From positions 3,935 through 67,934 of the forward strand of contig JAICUU010000001.1 in the NCBI GenBank assembly GCA_025935675.1: DNA of 64,000 nt. The letters run 5' to 3'. Below the pieces are notes generated by a model. The model was given only the letters and a program-made list of their open reading frames with translations, made no database searches and was not told the origin of the DNA. A program made the position numbers and the translations under genes. This DNA is from Burkholderiales bacterium. GTDB lineage: Bacteria > Pseudomonadota > Gammaproteobacteria > Burkholderiales > Casimicrobiaceae. Below are positions 29,267 through 40,263 of this stretch, one piece after another (the stretch's first letter is position 1; every line of letters starts with the position of its first letter).

Positions 29267-29283
29267 CCGAGGCGATTCCCGGG

Positions 29284-30702
29284 CTAGCGGCCAGCGACGG
29301 TCATGCGGTCGATCAGCATCGAGCCCACGTGGCGCGAGCCGCGCGTGTCGACGTCGGCGCCAATTGCGACGATGCCGCGCAACATGTCGCGCAGGTTGCC
29401 CGCGATCGTGATCTCCTCGACCGGGTAGGCGATGACGCCATCCTCGACCCAGAATCCCGCCGCGCCGCGCGAAAAATCGCCGGTGACCGGGTTGATGCCC
29501 TGCCCGAGCTGCTCGGTGACGAGGAGACCGCGGCCCATCCGTCGCAGCATGCCGGCGAAATCGTCGGCGCCGTGGCTGACGACGAGGTTGTGCGCGCCGC
29601 CGGCGTTGGCGGTCGACGCCATGCCGAGCTTGCGCGCGCTGTAGCTGCCGAGGAAATACCCTTCGACGACACCGTCGCGCACGACGTCGCGCGCCGCAGT
29701 GGCGACGCCTTCCGCGTCGAACGGCGTGCTGCCGCGCGCCCGCGGGATGAACGGCTCCTCGCGAATGGACACATGCGGCGCGAACACCTCGGTGCCGAGC
29801 GAGTCGAGCAGGAACGAGGAGCGCCGATACAGGCTGCCGCCGGACACCGCCTGCACGAACGCACCGACGAGGTCGGCCGCCTCGGGCGCCTCGAACAGCA
29901 CCGGGCATTCGAGCGTGCCGAGCGAGCGCGCATTGAGCCTGCGCGCCGTGCGCTCGCCGGCGATCCGGCCGACCGCCTCGGCGGCAAGCAGATCCTCGGG
30001 CGCGCGCGCCGCCGTGTACCAGAAGTCGCGCTGCATCGCGCCGCGCTCGTCGCCCACCACGGCGCAATCGATGCCGTGCCGCGAGCTGCGATAGCCGCTC
30101 GCGAAGCCGTTGGAATTGCCGTAGACGAACTCGGATTCGCCGGCGGATACCGTCGCGCCGTCACTGTTCGTGATGCGCCGGTCGACGGCGAGCGCCGCCG
30201 CCTCCGTGGCCTTGCCGAGCGCGATCGCCTCGTCGACGCCGATGCGCCACGGGTGATACAGATCGAGCGCACGGATCGTGCGAGCGAGCTGCTCTTCAGT
30301 CGCGAGCCGCGCCGGATCGGCAAGCCCGGCGGCCGGATCGGCCGCGGTGTAGCGCGCGATCGCGAGCGCCTTGCCGACAGCGGCACGCAGCGACGCGGGC
30401 GCGAAATCGGCCGTGCTCGCGCTGCCGCGTTGCTGGCCCAGGTAGACGGTGACGCTGATGCCCTTGTCGCGGTTGTAGGCGATCGTCTCGACGTCGCCCT
30501 TGCGCACCGTCACGCTCTGGCCGACCGCTTGCGACACCTCGGTCTCGGCCGCCGACGCGCCGCCTTCGCGCGCGAAGCGCAGCACGTCCTGCGCGATGCC
30601 CTCGAGCACGCGGGTGGCGACGGGAAATGCCGTCTCGTCCGGGACGTTGCCCGGTGTCGATGCTTCGGCCGCGTGTGACGTGACGTTTAATGACATGGTC
30701 AT
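29284..30702 (-). CDS. pmbA: metalloprotease PmbA (TldE)
   Basis: About 472 aa within track ORF 29284..30735, with PmbA/TldD family similarity throughout (for example GRGLLVTEQLGQGINPVTGDFSRGAAGFWVEDG). It is divergent from yjgA, as in E. coli. The start is 30702 or 30696. Confidence 0.9.
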   Translation of the reverse strand: MTMSLNVTSHAAEASTPGNVPDETAFPVATRVLEGIAQDVLRFAREGGASAAETEVSQAVGQSVTVRKGDVETIAYNRDKGISVTVYLGQQRGSASTADFAPASLRAAVGKALAIARYTAADPAAGLADPARLATEEQLARTIRALDLYHPWRIGVDEAIALGKATEAAALAVDRRITNSDGATVSAGESEFVYGNSNGFASGYRSSRHGIDCAVVGDERGAMQRDFWYTAARAPEDLLAAEAVGRIAGERTARRLNARSLGTLECPVLFEAPEAADLVGAFVQAVSGGSLYRRSSFLLDSLGTEVFAPHVSIREEPFIPRARGSTPFDAEGVATAARDVVRDGVVEGYFLGSYSARKLGMASTANAGGAHNLVVSHGADDFAGMLRRMGRGLLVTEQLGQGINPVTGDFSRGAAGFWVEDGVIAYPVEEITIAGNLRDMLRGIVAIGADVDTRGSRHVGSMLIDRMTVAGR

Positions 30703-30837
30703 CGGATTGCGCGATCGAATGGGCACGAGTTGCACATCGCTTTCGCGCGCGGCCTTTGCGAACGGGGCCCGTCCTCCCGACGGGTCGGGTTATCATAGCA
30801 AAGCCCGCTTCGAGCGCCTATCGGCGCCCCGGAAAAC

Positions 30838-31464
30838 ATGTCGCATGACGCGCAAACCGGCGACACCGCGCCGTCGCCGCCGCGCTCGAAAACGCAGCGC
30901 AAGCGCGAAATGCACGACCTGCAGGCGCTCGGCGCCGCGCTGGCGGCGCTGGATGCCGCGCATCTCGCCGCATTCGACCTGCCCGAGCGGCTTGTCGACG
31001 CGCTCAACGACCTGCGCACGATCACCCGTCACGAGGCGCGCCGTCGGCAGATGCAGTATGTCGGCCGCCTGATGCGCGACGTCGACCCCGAGCCGATCGC
31101 TGCGGCGCTCGCACGGCTGCAGGAAGGCCCGCGCGCCGACAAGGCGCGCTTCGCTGCGGTGGAAGGCTGGCGTGACCGGCTCATCGACGACGACGCCGCG
31201 CTTGCCGAGTTCGTCGCCGCGCATCCCGCGGCGTCCGCCGATGCGCTGCGGCCGCTGATCGCCGCGGCGCGCGACGAGCGTCGCCGCGGCGCGCCACCGC
31301 GCGACTACCGGCGCCTGTTTCGTGCGCTGAAGTCGATCGACGATGCGGCGCACGCGGGAAAGGCGCACGACGGTGCGGCGGGCGCCGAAGCGGCACGGGA
31401 GGACGCCGCGCCTGGCGAAGGCGCGCACGCCGACGGGACGCACGCCGGCGCGAGCACGACATGA
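30838..31464 (+). CDS. yjgA: ribosome-associated protein YjgA/DarP (DUF615)
   Basis: 208 aa with KTQRKREMHDLQALGAALAAL...ITRHEARRRQMQYVGRLMRDVD, typical of DUF615. It keeps the conserved divergent pairing with pmbA. Confidence 0.8.
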   Translation: MSHDAQTGDTAPSPPRSKTQRKREMHDLQALGAALAALDAAHLAAFDLPERLVDALNDLRTITRHEARRRQMQYVGRLMRDVDPEPIAAALARLQEGPRADKARFAAVEGWRDRLIDDDAALAEFVAAHPAASADALRPLIAAARDERRRGAPPRDYRRLFRALKSIDDAAHAGKAHDGAAGAEAAREDAAPGEGAHADGTHAGASTT

Positions 31465-32021
31465 CCGAATCGGCGACCATCGGGCTCGTCTCGGTCAGCG
31501 ACCGCGCATCCGGCGGCGTCTACGTCGACAAGGGCCTGCCGGGACTCAAGGAATGGCTCGCGGCCGCGCTCGCCTCGCCGTATACGCTCGTCGAGCGCCT
31601 CATTCCTGACGAGCAGGCGGTGATCGAGCGCACGCTCGTCGAGCTCTGCGACATTGCGGGCTGCGACCTCGTGCTGACCACCGGCGGCACCGGCCCCGCG
31701 CCGCGCGACGTGACGCCGGAAGCCACGCTCGCGATCGCGCACAAGGTGATGCCCGGATTCGGCGAGGAGATGCGCCGCGTGAGCCTCAAGTACACGCCCA
31801 CGGCGATCCTCTCGCGCCAGGTCGGCGCGATCCGCGGCCGCGCGCTGGTGCTCAACCTGCCGGGCCAGCCGAAGGCCATCAAGGAAACGCTCGACGGCAT
31901 CTTCCCGGCCGTTCCCTATTGCATCGACCTCGCCGGCGGCGCGTACATCGAGACGCGCGACGAGGTCTGCAAGGCATGGCGTCCGAAGAACGCCGTGCGC
32001 CCCCCGCCCGTACCCCGCTGA
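31461..32021 (+). CDS. mog: molybdopterin adenylyltransferase Mog
   Basis: 186 aa with IGLVSVSDRAS and TTGGTGPAPRDVTPEAT motifs. Confidence 0.85.
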   Translation: MTESATIGLVSVSDRASGGVYVDKGLPGLKEWLAAALASPYTLVERLIPDEQAVIERTLVELCDIAGCDLVLTTGGTGPAPRDVTPEATLAIAHKVMPGFGEEMRRVSLKYTPTAILSRQVGAIRGRALVLNLPGQPKAIKETLDGIFPAVPYCIDLAGGAYIETRDEVCKAWRPKNAVRPPPVPR

Positions 32022-32051
32022 CCGCCCGCGCTCGCGAGCGAGGAGCCTTCG

Positions 32052-33563
32052 ATGGACCAGATCCTTCACGTCGCGCAGCTCGGCCTCGGCGTGCTCGTCG
32101 CGCTGATCCTGTTCGGCGCGGTCGTCGTGATGTTCGTGCGCGACGTCACGCAGAAGCAGCACACGGTGCTGCGCAATTTCCCGGTCATCGGCCGCTTCCG
32201 CTACTGGTTCGAGGAGCTCGGCGAATATTTCCGCCAGTACTTCTTCGCCGGCGACCGCGACGAGATGCCGTTCAACCGCGCCACGCGCGGCTGGGTGTAC
32301 CGGCTCGCCAAGAACGAGGGCGGCATCATCGGCTTCGGCTCGACGTACGACCTGCACGCGCCGGGCGCGCTGATCTTCGTCAACGCGCCGTTCCCGGTGC
32401 TCGAGTCCGACCGTCTGCCGACGCCGCCGCTCGCGATCGGCGAAGGCTACTGCCGTACGCCGTTCGTCGCGCAGTCGGTCGTCAACATCAGCGGCATGAG
32501 CTTCGGTGCCATCTCCGAGCCCGCGGTGCGCGCGCTGTCGCGCGGCGCGCACGTCGCCGGCTGCTGGATGGACACCGGCGAAGGCGGCCTGTCGCCCTTC
32601 CACCTCGAGGGCGGCTGCGACGTCATCATGCAGATCGGCACCGCCAAGTACGGCGTGCGCGACGCCGATGGCCACCTCGACGTCAAGCGTCTCGCCGAGC
32701 TCGCGGCGATGGACAGCGTGCGCGCGTTCGAGGTGAAGCTGTCGCAAGGCGCCAAGCCGGGCAAGGGCGGCGTGCTGCCCGGCAGCAAGGTGACGCCGCT
32801 CATCGCAGGGATCCGCGGCATTCCGCCCGGCAAGGACTCGATCAGTCCCAACCGCCATCCCGACATCCCCGACATGAATGCGCTGCTCGACACCGTGATG
32901 AAGATCCGCGACATCACGGGCAAGCCGGTCGGCGTCAAGACGGCGATCGGCGGGCGCTGGTTCGCCGACGAGCTCGCCGAGCGCGTGCTCGCGCGCGGGC
33001 TCGACTGCGCGCCGGACTTCCTCGTGATCGACGGCGGCGAAGGCGGCAGCGGCGCGGCGCCGCAGGCCCTCGCCGATCACGTCGGGCTGTCGATCGACGA
33101 GGCGCTGCCACGCGTCGCCGACTCGCTGATCGCCGCGGGATTGAAGCCGCGCATCCGCCTCGTCGCGTCCGGCAAGCTCGTGACCTCCGCGCGCGCCGCA
33201 TGGGCGCTGTGCTGCGGCGCCGACTTCGTCAACACCGCGCGCGGCTTCATGTTCGCGCTGGGCTGCATCCAGGCGCTGCGTTGCCATACCAACACCTGCC
33301 CGACCGGCGTCACGACGCATAACCCCCGGCTGCAGCGCGGGCTCGTCGTGGAGGACAAGGCGACGCGCGTCGCGCAGTACGCGATGAACATGAACAAGGA
33401 GATCGACATGATCGCGCACAGCTGCGGCGTGCGGCAGGCGCGCGAGCTCGAGCGGCGACACGTCCGCCTGGTGCAGCCGACCGGAGGGTCGATCGCGCTC
33501 GACGTCCTCTACCCGGCGCCGCCGCTGCGCACCGAAGCGGGCGGCACCCTCGCCCGCGCGTAG
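32052..33563 (+). CDS. FMN-binding glutamate synthase family protein
   Basis: 503 aa with an N-terminal TM helix and the GltS FMN-domain motif KLSQGAKPGKGGVLPG. Confidence 0.85.
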   Translation: MDQILHVAQLGLGVLVALILFGAVVVMFVRDVTQKQHTVLRNFPVIGRFRYWFEELGEYFRQYFFAGDRDEMPFNRATRGWVYRLAKNEGGIIGFGSTYDLHAPGALIFVNAPFPVLESDRLPTPPLAIGEGYCRTPFVAQSVVNISGMSFGAISEPAVRALSRGAHVAGCWMDTGEGGLSPFHLEGGCDVIMQIGTAKYGVRDADGHLDVKRLAELAAMDSVRAFEVKLSQGAKPGKGGVLPGSKVTPLIAGIRGIPPGKDSISPNRHPDIPDMNALLDTVMKIRDITGKPVGVKTAIGGRWFADELAERVLARGLDCAPDFLVIDGGEGGSGAAPQALADHVGLSIDEALPRVADSLIAAGLKPRIRLVASGKLVTSARAAWALCCGADFVNTARGFMFALGCIQALRCHTNTCPTGVTTHNPRLQRGLVVEDKATRVAQYAMNMNKEIDMIAHSCGVRQARELERRHVRLVQPTGGSIALDVLYPAPPLRTEAGGTLARA

Positions 33564-33571
33564 CGACCCGC

Positions 33572-33674
33572 CGTCATTCCCGCGCAAGCGGGAATCCAGT
33601 CGTGACGCCGGAAACGATGCGCGGTCCTCGTGCCGCGACGTCGATGCTGGATCCCCGCCTGCGCGGGGATGACG
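33572..33674. repeat. composite palindromic REP-like element (28-nt REP, 47-nt core, inverted 28-nt REP)
   Basis: CGTCATTCCCGCGCAAGCGGGAATCCAG (33572-33599), and its inverted copy CTGGATCCCCGCCTGCGCGGGGATGACG (33647-33674). Each contains an 8-bp stem. The architecture matches 45702-45804. Confidence 0.8.
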
Positions 33675-33734
33675 TCATGTGAAGGCGCGGCGTTTCGTGG
33701 CGAAGCAACGACAAGTTTGCGATGCCGGCGGATC

Positions 33735-33757
33735 AAGATATACTTGACATATATCTT
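33735..33757 (+). promoter_or_regulatory. candidate NsrR operator (11-1-11 inverted repeat) overlapping a TATACT -10
   Basis: AAGATATACTT-G-ACATATATCTT, against the NsrR consensus AAGATGCATTT-n-AAATGCATCTT as I recall it. The outer AAGAT/ATCTT are intact. It lies 13 nt upstream of the GTG start of the globin gene, which precedes nsrR. Confidence 0.55.
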
Positions 33758-33769
33758 TTGGAGGCGGCC

Positions 33770-34174
33770 GTGCGCAATCCCGAGCTTTGTCGCGAGGACG
33801 AGATCGTGACGATGGTCCATCGCTTCTACGCGAGCGTCCGCGACGACCCGTTGATCGGCCACGTGTTCGAGGCGCACGTCGCGGACTGGGACCACCACCT
33901 CGCCAAGATGTGCGACTTCTGGTCGTCGGTGCTGCTCGGCACCACTCGCTACCGCGGCACGCCGATGCCGACGCACGCGAAGCTGCCGGACCTCTCTCCC
34001 GCGCTGTTCCGGCGCTGGCTCCAGCTCTTCCACGCGACGACGCGGACGCTGGGCAACGACGAGCTGCAGCAGAAGGCCGACGCGCTGGCCGAGCGCATCG
34101 CGCAAAGCCTCTGGTACGGCTACCAGCTCTTCAACGTGCCGGGCGAGCTACCGGAGCCGATTCCCGCCGTGTAG
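33770..34174 (+). CDS. group III truncated haemoglobin (Ctb-like globin)
   Basis: In frame with track ORF 33722..34174. I prefer GTG 33770 because of GGAGG (33761-33765) and because the operator lies inside the longer ORF. Motifs are FYASVRDDPLIGHVF, WDHHLAKMCDFWSSVLLGTTRYRGTPMPTHAKL and FRRWLQLF. Confidence 0.75.
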   Translation: MRNPELCREDEIVTMVHRFYASVRDDPLIGHVFEAHVADWDHHLAKMCDFWSSVLLGTTRYRGTPMPTHAKLPDLSPALFRRWLQLFHATTRTLGNDELQQKADALAERIAQSLWYGYQLFNVPGELPEPIPAV

Positions 34175-34186
34175 AGGCGCACGCCG

Positions 34187-34681
34187 ATGCAGCTCACGAC
34201 GATGACCGACTACGGGCTGCGCCTGCTGATGTACGTCGGCACGCGCACCGACCGCCTTTGCACGATCGCGGAGGTCGCGGCCGCGCACGGCATCTCGGAA
34301 GCGCACCTGATGAAGGTGACGCACCGGCTGGCGCTCGCCGGCTATCTCGAGACCATGCGCGGAAAAGGCGGCGGCATGCGCCTCGCGCGCCCCGCCGCCG
34401 CGATCAACCTCGGCGAAGTGGTGCACGAGCTCGAGCCCGATTTCCATCTCGTCGAATGCCTCGGTGGCAGTGCTGCCTGCGCCTTGACCGGGCGCTGCAG
34501 GTTCACCGCGGTGGTGTCGGGCGCGCTCGACGCGTTCGAGCGCGAGCTCGCGCGCTGGAGCCTCGCCGACGTGCTGCCGGGTGCTATGACGTCGGCGCCG
34601 CAGGCGGCGCCGCGGGCCGCGCGGCCGCCCGCGCCAGCGCCGCTTCGGTTCCGTCGCGCGCGCACGCCAGCGCGCCGATGA
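34187..34681 (+). CDS. nsrR: Rrf2-family NO-sensing repressor NsrR
   Basis: 164 aa. The Rrf2 HTH is MQLTTMTDYGLRLLMYVG...IAEVAAAHGISEAHLMKVTHRLALAGYLETMRGKGGGMRL. There are three clustered Cys (ECLGGSAACALTGRC). A low-complexity tail overlaps the convergent gene. Confidence 0.8.
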   Translation: MQLTTMTDYGLRLLMYVGTRTDRLCTIAEVAAAHGISEAHLMKVTHRLALAGYLETMRGKGGGMRLARPAAAINLGEVVHELEPDFHLVECLGGSAACALTGRCRFTAVVSGALDAFERELARWSLADVLPGAMTSAPQAAPRAARPPAPAPLRFRRARTPARR

Positions 34682-35045
34682 CGGTGCCGGCCGCGTCGCG
34701 GACGAGGCCAAACGACATCTCGACGTAGAGCCGCCGCCCGTCCTTGTGCAGCGAGCGGGTCGTCATCGCCTTGCCCGAATGCTTGGTCTTGCCGCTCGCG
34801 AGCGCGGCGTCGAAGCCCGCCCAGTGCGCGGCGCGCAACCGCTCGGGCACCATGAGGTCGAGGTTCTGGCCGAGCGCTTCCGCCTTCGACCATCCGAATA
34901 CCGCCTCGGCGGCGTCGTTCCAGAAGCGGATCACGCCGTCGCGATCGGCGAACACGATCGCATCAGGCGACTGCTCGGCGATGGCCGCGGCGAGCGTGAC
35001 GGCATCGGGTGCATGGGCGGGATCGAATGGCATGGACGACGACAT
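34584..35045 (-). CDS. stand-alone PAS domain protein
   Basis: 153 aa with IAEQSPDAIVFADRDGVIRFWNDAAEAVFGWSKAEALGQNLDLMVPE...HKDGRRLYVEMSFGLV, a typical PAS fold. Confidence 0.75.
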   Translation of the reverse strand: MSSSMPFDPAHAPDAVTLAAAIAEQSPDAIVFADRDGVIRFWNDAAEAVFGWSKAEALGQNLDLMVPERLRAAHWAGFDAALASGKTKHSGKAMTTRSLHKDGRRLYVEMSFGLVRDAAGTVIGALACARDGTEAALARAAARPAAPPAAPTS

Positions 35046-35081
35046 CGTACGCGATGCCGCGCGTCGCCACGTTGCGCGCGA

Positions 35082-35873
35082 TCAGGTGATCTCGTGCACG
35101 AGGCCCGCGCGCGCCGCGGGATCCTGCTGGTAGAACATCGCGAACTGCTGGTAGACCTCGGGATACTCGTGCGCGAGGAGCGCGGGCTCGGCGAAGAACA
35201 CCTCGGAAAGCACCGCGAAGAATTCCGCAGGATTCTCGGACGCGTACGGATCGATCACCGTGTCGTCGCCGCACGCGACGCGCCCGCGGAAATGCTCGAA
35301 GGCCGCGCCGAGCGTCGCCTGCCACATGTCGGCCGGCACGTCCGGCGGCAGCGGCGGGCAGCCGTTGGCCTCGCCGTTGCGCATGTCGAGCTTGTGCGCG
35401 AACTCGTGGATGACGAGGTTCATGCCGGCGGTCTCCCAGTCGGTCGACGCCTCGACGTCCGACCACGACAGCACGACCGGGCCGCCCGGCATCGCCTCGC
35501 CGGCCATCGGGTCGGCGTTGACGTGCACGACGCCCGCCTCGTCCTCCCATTCCCACGCCGGTACGAACTCGCCCTCGTAGACGATGACGTTCTCGAAGTC
35601 GTCGTAGAGCGCGAGGTCGAGGTTCAGCACCAGCACGCACGCCTGGATCGCGATCAGCACGCGCGCGAGCGGCGTCACCTCGTGGTCGTGCGCGCCGACG
35701 ATGCCCTTGGACTCGAGGAACAGCACGACCTTGTCGCGCAGCCGCGCGAGCTCGCCGTCGTCGTAGAGCGCCATGAACGGCAGTCGCTGCAGCGCCTCGT
35801 TCCACAGCGCGTCGGGCAGCGCGTAGCGCTCGAGCACGCGTTGACGTCGCCAGCGCTTCAGCGACTCGAGCAT
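35082..35873 (-). CDS. mtfA: zinc-dependent peptidase MtfA (Mlc titration factor A family)
   Basis: 263 aa with an HEFAH zinc motif and NPAEFFAVLSEVFF, typical of MtfA/DUF980. Confidence 0.8.
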   Translation of the reverse strand: MLESLKRWRRQRVLERYALPDALWNEALQRLPFMALYDDGELARLRDKVVLFLESKGIVGAHDHEVTPLARVLIAIQACVLVLNLDLALYDDFENVIVYEGEFVPAWEWEDEAGVVHVNADPMAGEAMPGGPVVLSWSDVEASTDWETAGMNLVIHEFAHKLDMRNGEANGCPPLPPDVPADMWQATLGAAFEHFRGRVACGDDTVIDPYASENPAEFFAVLSEVFFAEPALLAHEYPEVYQQFAMFYQQDPAARAGLVHEIT

Positions 35874-35878
35874 CCTGG

Positions 35879-37252
35879 CTATCCGGCGTCGCGGGACGGC
35901 GCATCGACGTCGCCGCCCTCGTCAGGTTCGTCGAGCGCCGGGGTCGCGCCAACGCCCAGCAGCCGCTCCGCCTCGGCCGCGGGCAGCGCCTCGACGTTGC
36001 GGAGCTTGCGCTCGATCGTGCGGCTCTTGCGGCTCGCGTCCTCGAGCGTCTCGCCGACCTTGTCGAGCTTCTCCTTCGTTTTCGCGAGGAGGTCGCCGAA
36101 CTTGCCGAAGTCGGTCTTGACGGCGCCGAGCGTGCGCCACACTTCGGCCGACTGCTTCTCGATCGCCAGCGTACGAAAGCCGATCTGCAGGCTGTTGAGG
36201 AGCGCCGCCAGCGTCGTCGGCCCGGCGAGCACGACGCGGTGCTCGCGCTGCAGGCCGTCGGCGAGCCCCGCGCGCGACACCGCCTCGGCGTAGAGACCCT
36301 CGGTCGGCACGAACAGGATCGCGAAGTCGGTCGTGTGCGGCGGCTCGACGTACGACTCGCGGATCGCGCGCGCCTGCGACTTGAAGAACTGGTCGAGCTC
36401 GCGGCGGCTGGTCTCGACACCGGCGGCGTCGGCGCGCTCCTGCGCGTCCTGCAGGCGCTGCCAGGCGTCGAGCGGGAACTTCGAGTCGATCGGCAGCCAG
36501 CACGGCGTGCCGTCGTCGCCACGACCGGGCAGCGCGATCGCGAACTCGACGCGCTCGCCGCGCCCGGGCCGCGTCGCCACGTTGGTCGCGAACTGCGCGG
36601 GCGTCAGAAGCTCTGCGAGCAGCGCGCCGAGCTGCACCTCGCCCCAGCCGCCGCGCATCTTGACGTTCGACATCACGCGCTTGAGATCGCCGACGCCGAC
36701 GGCGAGCTGCTGCATCTCGCCGAGACCCTTGTGCACCTGCTCGAGGCGCTCCGACACCAGCGAGAACGAGTCGCCCAGGCGCTTTTCCAGCGTCGCCTGC
36801 AGCTTCTCGTCGACGGTGGCGCGCATTTGCTCGAGCTTGGCGGTGTTGTCGTTGCGCAGCACCTCGAGCTTTTGCTCGACGGCCGCGGTCAGCGTGCCGA
36901 GGCGCTCGCCGAACTGCGCGAGCTCGCCGCGCTGCGCCTCGCGCGCATCCGCCAGCGCGCGCTGCGTGCCCGCCTGGAACTGCGCGAGGCGCTCGCCGAC
37001 CTCGCGCCGCAGGTTCGCGGCGGTATCGGCCTGCTCGTTGCGCGCCATGGCGAGGTCCCCGCGCATGTCGCGCTCGTGCTCGGCGGCGCCCTTTGCGGCG
37101 GCGTCGAGGCGCGCCATCAGCGCGGCCGCATCGATGGCGCCGCGCTCGCGATCACGCGCGAGCACCGCGAGGCGCGACAGCGCGAGCGCGAGGAGCGCGA
37201 CACAGCCGACCGCCGCGAGCGCGCATACGCCGAGCAGCACCGACTCGATCAT
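35879..37252 (-). CDS. rmuC: DNA recombination protein RmuC
   Basis: 457 aa with an N-terminal TM helix, a long coiled coil, and a C-terminal RmuC nuclease-like domain (FAILFVPTEGLYAEAV). Confidence 0.85.
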   Translation of the reverse strand: MIESVLLGVCALAAVGCVALLALALSRLAVLARDRERGAIDAAALMARLDAAAKGAAEHERDMRGDLAMARNEQADTAANLRREVGERLAQFQAGTQRALADAREAQRGELAQFGERLGTLTAAVEQKLEVLRNDNTAKLEQMRATVDEKLQATLEKRLGDSFSLVSERLEQVHKGLGEMQQLAVGVGDLKRVMSNVKMRGGWGEVQLGALLAELLTPAQFATNVATRPGRGERVEFAIALPGRGDDGTPCWLPIDSKFPLDAWQRLQDAQERADAAGVETSRRELDQFFKSQARAIRESYVEPPHTTDFAILFVPTEGLYAEAVSRAGLADGLQREHRVVLAGPTTLAALLNSLQIGFRTLAIEKQSAEVWRTLGAVKTDFGKFGDLLAKTKEKLDKVGETLEDASRKSRTIERKLRNVEALPAAEAERLLGVGATPALDEPDEGGDVDAPSRDAG

Positions 37253-37301
37253 GGCCGCGAGTCTAGCAAAATCGCGCGCGCGCTCGGCTGCGCGCGGGTC
37301 G

Positions 37302-38345
37302 TCACGCAGGGGCTGCGGCGAGTGTCGCCAGCACCGCGAACGTTACCAGCCAATGGCGGCCGACGTAGGCGTCGCTGTCGATGCCGGCGAGGCCAGCGCT
37401 GCGGTGGCGCGCGGCCGCCGCGGCGAGCGCCGCCGCGCGCGCAGGATCCGCGGCGAGCCCGCGCGCGAGCGCCGCGAGGCACCACGCGCGGGAGAGGTTG
37501 AGGCCGTCGAGATGCACGATCTGGCCGTCGGCTCGATCGGTGACGTGCACCGGCGCAAGGCGCGAGGCGCCATCGCCGGCAGCGATGTCCGGCAGGAAAG
37601 CCGCGAACCAGCGCGTGAATGCCGCCGCGGCGAGCACGCGCTGCATCAATGCCGCCTCCATCAGCGCGGGCGACAGGAAATCGACGCCCGACGGCTCCCA
37701 CGCGATCGGCGCGTCGCGATCGTCGCCGAACCATTCAAGCGCCGTGGCGACGACGAGTGCGCGCAAGTCGCCGTCGCCGCAGGCGTTCGCGTAATCGAAC
37801 GCGAGCGCCAGCGCGAACGCGCTGTTGGCGTGCGTGCCGTGGCGCACCGGGTAGCCGGCGCGCGGCAGGAAGTCGCTAAAGCGCGCGGCGATCGCGGATG
37901 TGAGCGGCGCGAGCGCCGCCGACCCGCGCGCGGCCGCGGCATCGCCGTCGCGTGCCGCGCCGGCGAGCTCGCCGGCGAGCGCGAGGAGCCACGCCCAGCC
38001 GTACGTGCGCTCGAACGTGCCGGTCCCGGGGCGCGCGAAATAGGCGCATTCCGCGGCGATCGGCGCGGGCGCGAGGTGCGCATCGAAGATCGTGTCGATG
38101 GCCGCGCGAGACGGCAGCGCGGAAAACGCGCGTCGCAGCCGCGCCAGCGTCCAGTGCATGTGCACCGACGAATGCCAGTCGAAGCTGCCGTAGAACGCGG
38201 GATGGAGCTCGCGAGGCGTGCGCGTGTCGCCGTCGCTCGTCCACACGTGCTGCGGCTGGCACGGGTACGCGCGGACGACGTTCGCCAACGCGATCCGCGC
38301 GTACGATTCCGCCGTTTCGGCGGCGAGGCTTTCCGTGGACATCAA
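37302..38345 (-). CDS. DUF2891 family protein
   Basis: 347 aa with HPAFYGSFDWHSSVHMHWTLARL and ERTYGWAWLLAL, which I recognise as DUF2891. Confidence 0.7.
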   Translation of the reverse strand: MMSTESLAAETAESYARIALANVVRAYPCQPQHVWTSDGDTRTPRELHPAFYGSFDWHSSVHMHWTLARLRRAFSALPSRAAIDTIFDAHLAPAPIAAECAYFARPGTGTFERTYGWAWLLALAGELAGAARDGDAAAARGSAALAPLTSAIAARFSDFLPRAGYPVRHGTHANSAFALALAFDYANACGDGDLRALVVATALEWFGDDRDAPIAWEPSGVDFLSPALMEAALMQRVLAAAAFTRWFAAFLPDIAAGDGASRLAPVHVTDRADGQIVHLDGLNLSRAWCLAALARGLAADPARAAALAAAAARHRSAGLAGIDSDAYVGRHWLVTFAVLATLAAAPA

Positions 38346-38357
38346 TGCCGGGGGCAG

Positions 38358-38380
38358 GTCATTCCCGCGGAAGCGGGAAC
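38358..38380. repeat. solo REP-like half element
   Basis: GTCATTCCCGCGGAAGCGGGAAC lies between the typA stop and the DUF2891 start. It has the same core as the 33572 and 45702 copies but lacks the TCCAG end. Confidence 0.65.
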
Positions 38381-38391
38381 CGCAGCGACAC

Positions 38392-40263
<1,872 letters not shown>

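Noticed and set aside
33509-34105. Track ORFs reading through REP elements (…IPAQAGIQ…IPACAGMT… here, and …VIPAKAGIQY at the end of 44707..45735)
   Set aside because: These peptides are the familiar translation artefacts of palindromic REP units. The ORFs otherwise overlap real genes on other frames or strands.
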